A DNA stretch of 64,000 bases from Paraspadella gotoi (taxonomy: Eukaryota; Animalia; Chaetognatha): the NCBI GenBank assembly GCA_051294375.1, contig CM119267.1:21682044-21746043 (forward strand). Reading direction: 5' to 3'. Made by a program: the position numbers and the translations under genes. Under the pieces are notes generated by a model that did not search any database, was not told the origin of the DNA, and was given only the letters and a program-made list of their open reading frames with translations. Positions 35,558 through 48,913 of the stretch are shown here, one piece after another (the first letter of the stretch is position 1; each line of letters opens with the position of its first letter).

Positions 35558-36288
35558 TTTCAACAAGATCCAACGAATAAGCGTCTCGGCCCTTCGTCTG
35601 CTTGAAGACACGCTGGGCGACAAGAAGGATCTCAAGATCGACCTTCTCGGAAATCCTTTCCACTGCGACTGTAAACTCAAGCAGTTGCTCAAGACCATGA
35701 AAAAGTTTTTCGACAACGTGAGTGTGGATGAATGCGGAGAGGAGGGGTGAGATATCCAAGAATTGGTTCCCATAAGTATAATAATAAATAAACAGAACTA
35801 TTAACTATTGTTGCTTATTATCAGCTACTCTTTAATCAATCATTAAAAACAATTACGATACTAAAAAGAGTGAATTTATAATCTGAAACCATGCTCTTAT
35901 ATGCAAATGAGATTTACATGCTTGAAGCAAAATTTAATCTCTCATACTATATTTTTAAGCCACTACTAATAAAACTCTACCTTAAACAACCACGCCCACC
36001 CCCAAGTTCCTTCACCCCCACGACCTAAAATGCGTCTCCCCTCCCATTCTGGAGGGGCGCGTTCTCGGCGCCTTTTCCGAAGATGAGCTCATTTGCCCCA
36101 CATCCCCGCCCACCACCTCCGACCCCACCGGAATACAACATCCCAAATGTCCCGAGTTCCCTTGTGGTTGCGACTTCGTGGGAAACGTTTACTGCGCCCA
36201 GGTTTGAGGGAGGAAGGGGAAGAGAGAGAGAGAGAGAGAGAGAGAGTAGTATTGTAGAGTTGAGGAAGAGAGAGAAGAGAGAGAGAGA

Positions 36289-36357
<69 letters not shown>

Positions 36358-39300
36358 TAATTGTAGAGTTGAGGAAACAATATACGTAATACATTATTAA
36401 TCTTATTTTAATATTTCACGTAACATATATTTTAATATATATAATTTAATCTTTTACCCCCAGACCAACATGATGTACAACAACGTGACTTTCGACAAGG
36501 TTCCGCCTCTCGACACTCCCAAAGATTACGTCTGGATGTTTTTGCATTTGTCCGGTCATAAGGTTCGTTGATAAGATCGATGTTCTTTTATTTATTTTTT
36601 AATTGTGGCCATATGTTTATTTCTAAATAAGGAATTGTCTATGAATCGAGAAGTACCAAGAATTCAATTAAAGTTAAAAACAACTGTACAAGGCCTAAAC
36701 TTGAAGATTTGAAGAGAAAATGAAATTAATAAAATGAAATTAATAAAATTACTAACTATAATTTTTGATATATTTGTATAGTTTCCATTCGTTTCGTTGT
36801 TTTCAAATGTTAGTTTACAAAGTAGAAGAGTTTTATTTTTCTTTTTAACAACGTTTATTTATTGAATGGTAAATGTTTCGGTTTTGATTTCAAATTTGCC
36901 GAACATAACATAACATAACATTTTATTCATGATTCCATTTTAAACGTTAGTGTCTTTTGTTTTTGTTGTTTATAGTTTAATAGTTTAGTTTTTACTTGTT
37001 TACCGTTTTCTAGTCTTTAAATCTGTTACTGTTTCTGTCATTACTGTTTTTGTTATTAATAAAAAAAAAATTTCGAATGTTTTAAATCAAAATCGAAACA
37101 TGCACGATTTAATAAACGTTGTTGAAAAGAAAAATAAAACTTTTCTACTTTCTAAACTAACTTTTGAGTTTTGACAATATATATATTTTTTTCTTCCTTC
37201 CGCATTTTCTCATATATTTTTTGTTTCCCTTTATTTTTCTGTCTCAGATTAAAGAAATTGAGTTGATGGCTTTTTATCCGATGAAAGTCAGAGGCATATC
37301 TCTCACTGGAAACATCATCGAAACGATTCACCAAGGTTCACAGTTAAGACGGTCACACCGATAGAGAACTAAATTAAACACTATTTTCCGAAAGCGCTCC
37401 ATTTCCTTTATCCTTGTACTTAATTTTAACCCTAAACTGTAACCCAGACGTTATCTCTAACCTCTAACCTTATCCCATTTTCTTTACCTTAATCCCTAAC
37501 CCTAAATTTACAAACCTATAATATAAATGTAATTCTGAAATTAGATAAATAAGTTGTGTTTCGAATATATGGCTCCAAGTATTTAAACTCTAAGCACCAT
37601 ATTCCCCCTCCATCTTCCCCCGACATTTTCCCCTTTAACTTTCCCCCCCCATCCCCCTCCATCCCCACTTCCCAAATATCTCGCCCCTCTTACTTTCAGA
37701 CGCCTTCTCGGCACGGAGCAGGAATTGACGGATGCTGTTGCTGGAGGGAATCGCTTGTCGACGGTCCCGATCCCGTCCTCGATCTTCCGATGCTCAACAC
37801 TCTCGATCTCAGCCTCAACGACATCTTCAGCGTCGACGCTGCCACCGTGAGGGAGTTCGTCGTCGTTTCTTTTTTTGTGAACAGTTTTTTTTTAAATAAA
37901 GTTTAAATTAAACTAAAATAAAAGTTAAATTTTTTAAAAAAGTTATGGTGTAAACCCTTCTATTTCGTTGCGATTTAGAATTGTAGAGAAAACTAAGTTT
38001 TATTTTTTATGACAAAACAAACAAAACAACATGTTTCGCTCTTATTGCGAGCCATCATCAGTGCTTTCAGTTTTAACAAACTGCTCGCAACAAGAGTTAA
38101 TGTTAATGTTAATGTTAATCGCAGAGATGTGGAAGCGATCGATTTTTTCCGCGCTGCAAATTCCGGCGCTTCCAAGACCCCTCCCGCTCCCGTTTTCGGG
38201 TGCAATCCTTACTTTTTTAGCCCGGAATCGCTTTCGGTTTCGAGTGCAGCAATGCGCCTTCCTTTCTTTAGAGATTTTACATGTTGTTATTATTTATAAA
38301 AATCTCTTTTTAGACATGTAATTCATTGGTAAATAATTTGTTAAACAATCTTTTTTGGTAAAATAAAAGTGAAATTTTTACTATATGAAAAATTGTAAGA
38401 TTTGTAGAATTGTAAGAATCGTTCGTGTGGAAATGAGTTTAAATGAAAAACAAAAACCTTTTCCCTATTTGCTTTTTTTATTTTTTATTAAATATAAATA
38501 TAAGCTGCATTAATTATCAATTAAATCAATTAATTAATCAATCATTAATTACTAAACAACTAAAATCAATCAAAATCAACATTAAAAAATTAATGAAATC
38601 ATTTTTTATCAATCATATCAATTAAATAATCAATTAATTTATAATCAACTAATTAATAATTTATTTATCATAAATTATTAAAAGAACAATTAATAGAATA
38701 ATCAATTAATTAATCAATCTTAACAATGTCAGTATTATCATTGTCATCTCCAACATCGTTGGTTGCTTTTGTCCTGGTCAGTGACCTTGAAAAGACCTAA
38801 ATTAACAGGCCTGATATGAATTTATTTTATTTGATCATCAATCATTCAATTAATGCATGTGGTGCTATCCTCGTGTCATCATAATCATCATCAGGGGTAG
38901 TTCATTTCTTTTGTGCATTAATGAAAAGACAAAAAAACAACAAGTTTTGAACTAACATGGCCAAGAACTTGATCAGTTAATTAATTATTTAATCAATTAA
39001 TCAAATATTCAATCAATCAATCAAAAAAATTAGCAATCAATCCAATTTGTCATCGTCGTGTATTATCAATTGTCGTGGTTTGCCCATCATTAATTATTTA
39101 ATTATTAAACTCCTCTTATCTTTGTTGGACTTGGCAAAAAAAATGTATCTTTTTATTTTATTTATCCCTGTTGTTTTGTTTTCTCTTCTTCTCTCATCTC
39201 TATTCTCTCTCTTAAACAAGTTTCACTTTCTTTTCAAACTCACTCAATCTGCCTTACCTTCAACTGTCCTCACAGATCTGACCACTATTCTGTCTCACCA

Positions 39301-40919
39301 CTTTGTTGAAAAACTTTTACCCCTCTGTCTCTCTTTCCTCTCTCATTCACACTCTTCTTTTAACACAATTTTAATTATTGATGTCCATATGCTGACTGAG
39401 GCTTTGAAGTAAACAAGCCGAAACATGTCGCAACTATTAATTAAAAATGCGTTGTTACAAATTCAAAAATTCTTTTTCTTTCTCTAAATTAATTACATTG
39501 AATATTTTTATAATGTTTTGCGGTGACTCAAAACAAAGAATTTAAAGAAAAATTCGAGGCGTGTTTTTTGTGAAAAGAAACTTATATTCAAAAACAGAGT
39601 AAAAAAAGAAAAAGATAAATAATACAACAACAACTACGTATTTACATTGGCTGAGAAAAAGGTCACCATAACAAGATGGTAAAAACAGGTCATTCTTATT
39701 GACCACTACGATACTACGGTCACAAAGTATCAGTATTAGACTTCTCGTTAATTACTCGTTATGTAATTATTAAATAATTTATTTTTTATTCAATTAATTA
39801 ATCAATTAATTACCGCTAATGATCGTGGCAGAACCGTGCTTGTTTTGCTCAAACTTGTTTATTAATAATTTTGATTTATTTGATTTTAATATATTCTTTT
39901 TTTATTTGCTTTTTTGTTCAGTGGCAGAGGGGAAGAAAGAAAGAAGATAGAGAGAGAGTGGTGTGTTTAGAGATTTAAGTATGTATAAGCATAATATTAT
40001 GCAATATTGCCAATAAAACAGATCATCTTGGTTTTAAAACTTGTTTGTAACATGAAAAAAGGTTATGGATTTAAAAAAAGAGACTTAAATTTAAAGAAAA
40101 ATATAAAATATATAGAAATAAATTTTTAATTTTATAGAATTAAAAGTTTAATTTAAATTAAATTTAAACTTAATTACAGTTTTTCAGATAGAAAAAATCT
40201 TTTTTTCATACTCAGATTTTATTTAAATATATTAAAAAGAATATTAAAAAAATAAATATGTAATTTTTTTCATAGATTCTCGACCAAAGAGGAAAAAAGA
40301 ATAAAAAGGAAAAATAATAAAAGAAGAAATAAGAAAAATTGAATAAAAAAATTTGGAGCAAACAATTTTAAATGTTGAAAATAAATATAAAAACAAATTT
40401 TTAAAAGAAAATCAAGAAAGAGGCAGGGGGCTGCAAAGATTTTAATACATTAAATACCTTTCATTTCTAACAATAAAAACAAATGACCAGGAAGCGAACA
40501 CGCAGGGTTATTATAGCTTCTCGGGTTCAATCCTTTATTCTCAAATTTTTCTATCCTCCGGTTTCGGGGTTCTTAAAAAAATCGGGCCGCTTCCAACCAG
40601 TGTTCGCTTACGCTTTCCGATCGGCGTCCACGATCTTGATGTTAAGTGTTAATGTTAATGGATAATGTTAAGAATAAAAAATCGTCTTTTGTCACAAAAT
40701 ATAAACTTGTTTTCTCTAGCATTAAAAGTTGAAAATTTTAAAAATTAAAAAGAAAATTAATAAATTTTAATTTTAAATTTTAATTCCAGACGCGGAAACT
40801 TCACAACATGGTTTACTCGGACATTCACGGGGCGGTATTAAGAACGAGTTTTTCATTCACATGGGACGAAACGCTTCAACTGCTCATGCGACATATGGGA
40901 TTTTCACGTCTTTGTCAAG
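35558..40919 (+). CDS. Second copy of the 3' exons of the same LRR gene (cleaner reading frames)
   Basis: Exons at ~35558-35717, 36007-36201, 36463-36562, 37248-37335, 37700-37846 and 40790-40919 are near-identical to those at 31155-34390. Confidence 0.75.
38025..38065 (-). ncRNA. Hammerhead-like motif, cleavage triplet apparently defective (decayed equivalent at ~34008-34050)
   Basis: Minus strand reads agca-CTGATGA-tggctc(gcaataa)gagc-GAAA-catgt-tgtt. Confidence 0.6.
38122..40638. mobile_element. ~2.5-kb non-autonomous DNA transposon (hAT-like ends) inserted in a (TGTTAA)n tract
   Basis: The left end cagagatgtggaagcgatcg roughly mirrors the right end cgatcggcgtccacgatcttg; GC-rich subterminal regions, AT-rich interior. 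Absent at the equivalent site ~34081-34125. Confidence 0.6.
39388..39434 (+). ncRNA. Degenerate hammerhead motif in a nested short element
   Basis: atg-ctgactga-ggctt(tgaagtaaac)aagcc-GAAA-catGTC-gca, followed by the family motif aaaaatgcgttgtt. The core box has an indel. Confidence 0.5.
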
Positions 40920-40977
40920 GTAAAGAAACTTTCATTGACTGCTACTATAAACCCTATCCCTTTACTTTATTACTTAC

Positions 40978-43900
40978 GACACGATGAAAAATGGCGTAAC
41001 GTTACTGTTCCGCGCGCATAAAAAAATTTCACTGTTCAAAATTATATATTTTTTTTATTTTTTGAAACAATTATAGTTCATAGTTGATATACAAAAATAT
41101 CAATGCAAAATCTTTTTTTTGTTTTTAGATATGAACTGAATAAATAGGGGTGAAAGATGAATAAAATTTCTTTAAAAAGTTACTTATTCATATTTATTCA
41201 TAAAATTGTAATAGAAAAATTAAAAAAAATTAATAGTCTATAGTTAGTGTTATGTTCCTCTACTACATGGAAAAAAAAACCTCGTTTAAAATTAGATCTG
41301 GGAAGTGTGGTAACTAGGCTTCCAATGGAAGTCACGCACGCCGATCATTCTTTCAAATAAATTTTTTTTATTTAATATATTTGAAATAGGGAAAAAATAG
41401 AAAATTAGGAATGCAGGTTGGAGAAAGGGTACATAATATCTGGACATATTGACATGAATGATAATCATCGACCGTTTTTTATGTCTTGTGAATGGGGGCA
41501 GTAACAAAACCGAAAAATTTTATAATTTAAGTCAAGTCAATTACCGTTGTTAATTAATGGATGATAAATAATAAAATTAAATGTCCTTGTAATAAAGGTT
41601 GATATATTTAAAAATAAAATTATCAATATAATTAACCCAATGATGTCTTGCTTTGTCAAAATATGTTGCCAGCTATATAATTTTTTTAAATTTTATTATA
41701 ATAAACTAGCAGTGGAATCAAGCCTTTTTGTTTGCAGTTTTTTTAATAAAAAGAAAATAAGAAAAAAAATTCACTGCTGACATGAATTTTCGTACAACAT
41801 AATTCGACATATTGGCCAAAGAATCAGGTATGGCTGATGAGGGTCAAATATTTTATTCCATTCATTAAAAAAAGATAAAGCTAAAAATAACAAACTCAAA
41901 TTAATTTCAAGTAACTCAAGTAATTCAATCATTCAGATTTTTTAATCAGATCAGAGCTTTTAGGTATCTTCTAAAGATTTCTGGGGATTTCGAAGCTAAG
42001 GTCTATATCTTGGTCCGGTATACTCCAAGTAAACAGCAAGATTTCCGAACTGCAGAGTAAGTGATTCTGTTAATCCACTCACAATGGATGCGGTCTTGTG
42101 GAGATCCCGTGAAAATGGCTGTCGAAGATGGTCACGGGATCTCAAGAATCGGATACTGACCTTTGGGCAGAAAGTAACCGCGACGACTGCATTTTGTTAA
42201 GAGATAGTATTGTTAAGTTAGAGAGAGAGAGAGAGGAGAGAGAGAAGAGAGAGAGAATGAAAATAGAAAAGACTAATAATCAAGCCAAATTCAGAAACCT
42301 AAAGGGAGCCCAAAGAACGGATTCAATCTCTATTTCTTCATCATCTTCCTCCTGTCTTGCAGATTCAAAGCTTCAATCATCGCTGTTTAGCGTCATCATC
42401 AGTATTGTCCACGCGGTCGTCTCTTCAAATGTGGCAGGAAGAGAAGTGTCCAGAACATTTTTCATGTAGATGTTGATTAGCGTCAGTTAAAGCAACGTCG
42501 ATTTTTTTGCAATTTGCACAAACTGGTATCTATGTTACATTTCAAAGCATGGAAAAATTGTGTTGCAAATACTGATTTCCATGCAACGTAAAGATATGGT
42601 ATTTTTTGAAATGCCTTAAATGGGATACCCTTTGGATTCGGATCGCGATCAAGAAAGGTGAACAATTTCAATCCTTGAAGAAATAATAAAAATCAAAATT
42701 CAAAAAATTACTATCTGAAAAATAATTGTTTAATTAAGATATAACACCTAAAAAAAGAGAATTCCCATTTGGCTGCATTGAAGGTCCAATCCAGAAAAGA
42801 ATACGTTCTTGACTTGTTCTGCAATTGTAATTTGCTCTGATCTGCTGATTATCTCACTTCCTAGTCTCGTTCAACACTGGACATTCGACCATGCTTCGCG
42901 CATTACGATGCTTGCTTAGCCACCGATGGTGTCCGAATAAGTTTTTGCCCTGCGTTGACTCTCAAAGAATTGAAGGAGAACGTATTTATATAAATGACGG
43001 CGATACAACGTTTCTCTAATATGAAAGATTGGTTTATTCACCGAATTGCGACCGAATTGCCCGGCGCACTGATCGCTTCCAGGAATAAAAATTTCTTGTG
43101 CTTGAAAACACCTTCTTCGAAGATTTTTAATAATCTGAAAACATCAGAATAGTAATATATATAAAAAAAAATTGGCAAGATTAATTGTTTTAGTATATTG
43201 TGGCGAAGCCTAATTCGCCTCGCCGTATAGCTCTGTAGAAATTAGCTCGTCCATTGACTTGGACAGCTAGTACTTCGCATTAAATCAACCGTGATCCAGT
43301 TCAGATCCCTCGGCACGCTGGTTAAGGTGCGATGTGGTTGCTATAAGCACGCCAGTGACATGGGGCGTCAACTGCAGGTCCAAAGCCCTGAGCGCCAGCA
43401 TGTCGGAGATGCCCAACCCCAGCATCACACCAGTCGCCTCCGTTGCCATACAGTGGTGAGCCCGACTATCGATAGCAGGGTATGAATACTACGCTACATA
43501 TATTAGAATAATTATGACTATAAATTTTTATAGAAATAAAAGTCATTTCTACTTGACATAGTTACTTATTTTATATAAAATTATTTATAATTGGAATGGA
43601 ATGGTTTGAGATTAAATTTTGTTGTGAGGGGTAGGGAAAGTTGCGTGATTGTGCTAGGATATAAAGTTTCAATGAAATCGTCAAAGTTGGAATAGAGTTT
43701 AAATGGAAAAACTTCAGGTCAAGTTATTTTAATTCTTTTTCTTCTCTCATTAATTTAAAATGATTGATCGGCTTTTGATTGGATCTTTATAAGAAATCTG
43801 TTTTATCTCTGCTCTCTCTCTCATCTCTTTGCTCCTCTCTAATTGGATCAAATAGAACTAATTTTTACCTTCGCATCAAAATCCTGTACTTTGGTAACAG

Positions 43901-46900
43901 TGCATTGGCGGTAGATCATTGGTCAAAAATATTATTGGCTCCCACTTTTCTAGCAAGCTTTTGTACAGAAACGTCTAAATTTGAGGCCTATAGGCATACA
44001 TTCCTAGAGCAATCGTGTTCGCTGCATATGCCCAGTGTTGGCATTTCTTGGTGAAAACTTCGAAATTCCGCTGATAGTCCTCGAAAGTTAAACAAATCTT
44101 ACCGCGGACGCAGCTCATTAATGTCTTTCCTGAGTTTTTTCGCCAACTGGATGCGCAGCTTGTGTATATGTGCCGCTTTATAATTCCAACAATCCCTTTC
44201 TAATTCTTTTTTTCCAAGTTGCTCAATACTTTTAACATAGTCCAGAGTCCATATTTTTTTCGTCCGTTAATTCCTTTTGTAACCATAAAGAAGAGATACA
44301 GACGATATTCTGGCATCCGGGGGAATATGCCGGAAAAAAATGAAAAAAACCCCCGGGGGTGGGAACTTGGTAGCATATTCCGTGGCGCAGGATTCTTTTC
44401 CACGTGGACGGAGAAAAAGTATCAGTACGCCATCGCACATTATATTTGCTGCTATTAGTGCGATCATGAGCCTTTGGTTCTTCCTCTATCAACCGACTTT
44501 GTCCAGCGGCCATTTCAATTCTGTAGAAGATTAAGAAATTAAATTTATTTCGGTGAATGACTTTTTAAGGGAGCTATGTTTACCATGAAAATTAGCGTGA
44601 GTTGGACACGCGTTTCGGTTTGATGTCCACGGAACGGCCAGGAAAGTTCCACGATATTGCGAGGATACTCTCGTAACAAAAGCCTGCGCCGAAAATGGAC
44701 ATTTAGTTCGGCAATGAATTTTTGTAACAATGTTTTCTTTTTTGAATCAAGTGTTAAAAAATTTAGGGAGACGATTAGTCTTGAGAGCAGAGACTGTCTC
44801 GTATCCTAGATAATTAAAGTAAGTAAATTTCGAATACCTTATAATGTACATTAATATATATTTATATATTACAGTCGTTGTCCAAAAAAAAACGAGCCAA
44901 CTTTATTTCACTTATAAATAACTCTATATACTTGAATTTTTAAAAAATTTAAAAAGTGATTTTAAAGTTTATTGAAAGATAATAAGTTGGCATAAATTTT
45001 TATTAAATTGGGCCATCCCTTTAGGAGCAATTTTTTTTTCAAAAGAAGTACTAAAATCTGATAGTTTTTAAGAATTATTCTTTTTTGTGATATTTTGTAA
45101 ACTTTTAAAGTAAATTAAAAATAAAAAAAAATATATTGATATCCGAGGGATAGTTGGATAACTGGATTGCCCATATTCGCAAAATAATAATCTTAAGTTA
45201 ATTGAAATATAAATTTTTACAATATTTTCATAGAAATATCCTGGAATTTACAAAGTCATGAAAGTTGCGTTTTTTTTTACAGGAGTGTATAAATAATAGA
45301 TATACTTATAATATAATATTCTTTTGCAAAAACGTTCAATTAATTATAAATTGTGGATCGTCCCATTGGCATGGGCAATACGACTCATTCACCAACCTTA
45401 GTTCGGGCTTAAATTCCCCTCCACGGTCATGTTTGTTAAAGGGTGGTGAATGGTGTAGGCATAAACCCCTGTGACACAGGGTGGAATCCAAATCCCTTAC
45501 CGCCAGCTGTCGGAAGTGCTCATACCCGGGCATCACATAAAATAAAATAATTTTTATCAATTTTATCTTAAAAATATTTTTACCCGAACTGGGCGAGCAT
45601 TAATCTGGAAGGAATACATAATCTTTAATGGTGGGCCTTTAAATGGTTGGGCGGCGCATTCTTGAGTTCTTCAAGACGTTGATCTTTTTTTCCGCTTCTC
45701 AAGCGTTTCTCATTTCATTTGCATATGGGCAAAATTATTTTCTTTGCAAAACCTTCGCGAAATTGATAGTTTTTTTTGGCACATATAGCGATGTCGCCCG
45801 TGGTCCCTTTCAGATTAAGTTCTTACAAAGTCAAGCGGATCTTGACACAAGCCACGGGAAGATGATTCTTGGCGCCCAAAAAGTGAAGAGACACTTTATT
45901 AAAATAATCATCAACGTCGTTTTGGTCAATTCAGCTTCAGTCCGGGGTCAATCCACAGAATTCAAATAAATGTTCTAATCAAAAATAATGAATTGAAAGT
46001 AATGACAAAATAAAAATAAGGAAATGTGACTTATGTTTTTTCCTTTTATATAACTCATTTCTTACTCGACGATTCCTCGAACTTCAATATCCAGCTCAAT
46101 CACACACTTCCTACCCACACACAAAATCTCATGCACATTCATCCATCCATTCCAATACGAGTAATTGGGGTTTTTTTGCTAAGGTGGGACGGACGGACGG
46201 ACGGACGGATAATAAAGCAGATACACTAAACAAACTCATTTATTTTGAATATTCTTTCAATTTTTAAAGTTTCTCTCTAACGATGTCAGATCTGCCCACG
46301 ACAATTTTAGCAATAATAAAATGATTGATTGGTTTATTTGATCAGTGATTGAATTGGTTTATTATCAGTTGATTGATTGATTGATTATTTTTATTGTAAG
46401 GGGGACGGACAGAGAGACGGAAGAATGAGGACGGACGGATGCACGAACTTGAGCATATTTTTTTTTTAACATAATTTTTTATAATTCGATGTTCTGAGAT
46501 GATCTTAATGTTTACCGACAAGAATTTTGGGTGGGGACCGAAAAGCCGACAAAGTGGGATTTTAAGAAGATGGAATCTGCAAGAAGCGGATCCACTTAAA
46601 AGATTTGAATATACCTGCCTAATACGTTTTTCCAACTTGTCCAATCGCTAATTAGTAATGTTGGCAATATATTTTTAAAGACTGCTTGTCTTTTTTTAAA
46701 ACGTTTCATCACCGAACAAGAAAATAACGGCTGAGCGGGAGAGAGAGGACAGGATTTCTTTGAACACGCCTCAATGCATGCAACTTAATGCCCGAACTTG
46801 TTTACGAATCAATACAAAAGTTGCCGAATTAATCCACTTGTTGTAATTCTTCCCTGTGATCAAAATCGAGTTCAAATGAATTTCGTGCTCGAAAAAAGAA

Positions 46901-47448
46901 CTACTACGGCTTGTCCACCAGGCATGGTGAGGAATCCCCATGAGGACAATTTCCATAGAGGACACAATAGACCTCAGATTGGTCAAAATCAGTATCTCTC
47001 AAATCTTGTTGTGCTTTCTGTTGCGCCCCTCTAATTCATTTGAATTTCACAATCTCCAGCTCCGGCTTAATTACCGGGTTTTTGGAAAAAGGTCCGGCCG
47101 CCATCGTTTCAACGGCAGCTTCACGACGAACTGAACTCGTCTCATCGGCCTCTTTTTGGATGCGTAAAACTTTCTCTTTCTTCTATTTGCTCGTCAGCAG
47201 AGAGAGCTTCAACCTCGAGAGAAGGTCGGTCGCTTTTTTTATGAGATTTGCAATGTAATGATTGGACTCCTTGACAAATCCTTTTCCATAGATATCTGCT
47301 GACTCCTGGTATTCATCTGGTTCCTTTTTTTTGTGGCCCAAGTTCTTTTGATCGGTAGCTTTACATATAAACCATGTTTAATAATTTTTTTTATAATGGT
47401 GTCTTTTTTTTAAAAGGCATACTAACCACCACGAACCGATAATTATTC
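40978..47448 (-). mobile_element. Decayed, intron-containing DNA transposon with a Sola-like DDD transposase (pseudogene), cut by the gap
   Basis: Minus-strand fragments in collinear order across frameshifts: NACPTHANF (~44590), KRHIYT..DINELRP (~44150), FEDYQRNFEV (~44070), SDQCAGQF (~43065), FE..GKN.SDTIGG (~42935) and a Cys-rich C-terminus (~42520). The block begins where similarity to the first LRR copy ends. Superfamily assignment is from motif recall. Confidence 0.6.
43199..43475 (+). mobile_element. Single LTR plus PBS, related to the TRIM at 29561-30289
   Basis: Starts TGTGGCG, ends GTTGCCATA, followed by TGGTGAGCCCGACTATCGA, identical to the TRIM PBS region; shares the gagatgccc motif. 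Confidence 0.75.
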
Positions 47449-47473
47449 NNNNNNNNNNNNNNNNNNNNNNNNN

Positions 47474-48913
47474 TTCCTCTCTTCTTTTTCCTTACCCAAA
47501 AAAACCCCCCAACCCTTTCTTTTTTTCCCTTCTTTTCTTCCTCTTTACACACTCTTCTCTCCTCTCTTACACACTCTCTCTCTTACACACTCTCTTTACT
47601 CTACACTCTCTTACACATCTCTCTCTTCTCTTACACTCTCTCTCTCTCTTCTTTACACTCTCTCTCTCTCTCTTACCTACTCTACACTCTCTCTCTCTCT
47701 TACACTCTCTTACACTCTCTCTCTCTCTTACACTCTCTCTCTCTCTTACACTCTACTACACTCTCTCCTTACCACTTCTCCCTCTTACCTCTCTTACACT
47801 CTCTCTCTCTCTTAACTCTCTTTACACTCTCTCTCTTTACACTCCTCTCTCTCTCTTACACTCTCTCTCTCTAACACTCTCTTACCACACTCTCTCTCTA
47901 CTTAACACTCTCTCTCTTTTACACCACTCTCTCTCTCGTACACACTCTCTCTCTCTTAACACCTCTCCTCTCTTACACACTCTCTCTCTTACACACTCTT
48001 CTCTTCTTACACTCTCTTACACTCTCTCGCTCTCTTAACACTCTCTCTCTCTTTACACTCTCTCTCTCTTTACACTCTCTTCTTCTCCTTACACTCTCTC
48101 TCTTCTACAGCTCTCTCTCTTCACTCTCTCTCTCTCTTACTCTCTCTCTTCTACACTTCTCTCTCTTTCTACACACTCTCTCTCTCTTTACACACTCTCT
48201 CTCTCTTACACCTTCTCCTCTCTTTACCAACTCTCTCTCTCTCTTACACTCTCTACACTCTCTCACATCTTACACACTCTCTCTCTCTTACACTCTTCTT
48301 ACACTCTCTTTCTCTCTTACACTCTCTCTCTCTCTTACACTCTCTCTCTTACCACACTCTCTCTCCTTACACTCTCTTACACTCTCTCCTCTCTTACACT
48401 CTCTTACACTCTTTCCTCTTTAACTCTCTTACACTCTCTCTCTCTTACCACTCTCTTACACTCTCTCTCTCTTCACTCTCTCTCTCTTCTTACACTCTCT
48501 TACACTCTCTTCTCTCTTCTTACCACTCTCTTACACTTCTCTCTTCTCTCTCCTTACACACTCTCTCTTCTCTTACACACTCTCTTTTCTCTTACACACT
48601 CTCTCTCTTACCACTCTCTTACACTCTCTCTCTCTTTACACTCTCTCTCTCTCTTACCATCTTCTCTCTCCTCTTTACACTCTCTCTCTCTCTTACACAC
48701 TCTCTCTCTTACACACTCTACTCTCTTCTTACCACCACTCTCTCTCTTTCTTACACTTTCTCTCTCTCTCTTAACTCTCTTTACACTCTCTCACTCTTAC
48801 ACACTCTCTTTCTCTTACACAACCTCTCTCTCCTTTTACACTCTCTTACCACTCTCTCTCTTCCTTTACACTCTCTCTCTCTCTTACACTCTCTTACACT
48901 CTCTCTCTCTCTC
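47474..48913. repeat. Compound satellite [TTACA(CT)n]m next to an assembly gap
   Basis: About 1.4 kb of ttacactctctc.. units of irregular length, with almost no G on the + strand. Confidence 0.9.

Noticed and set aside
40978-41020. Transib/RAG-like terminus suggested by CACGATG
   Set aside because: The internal motifs resemble Sola-type rather than Transib/RAG1 transposases, and the other end is lost in the gap.
47474-48913. Telomeric repeat
   Set aside because: The unit is TTACA(CT)n, not a G-rich TTAGG or TTAGGG repeat.
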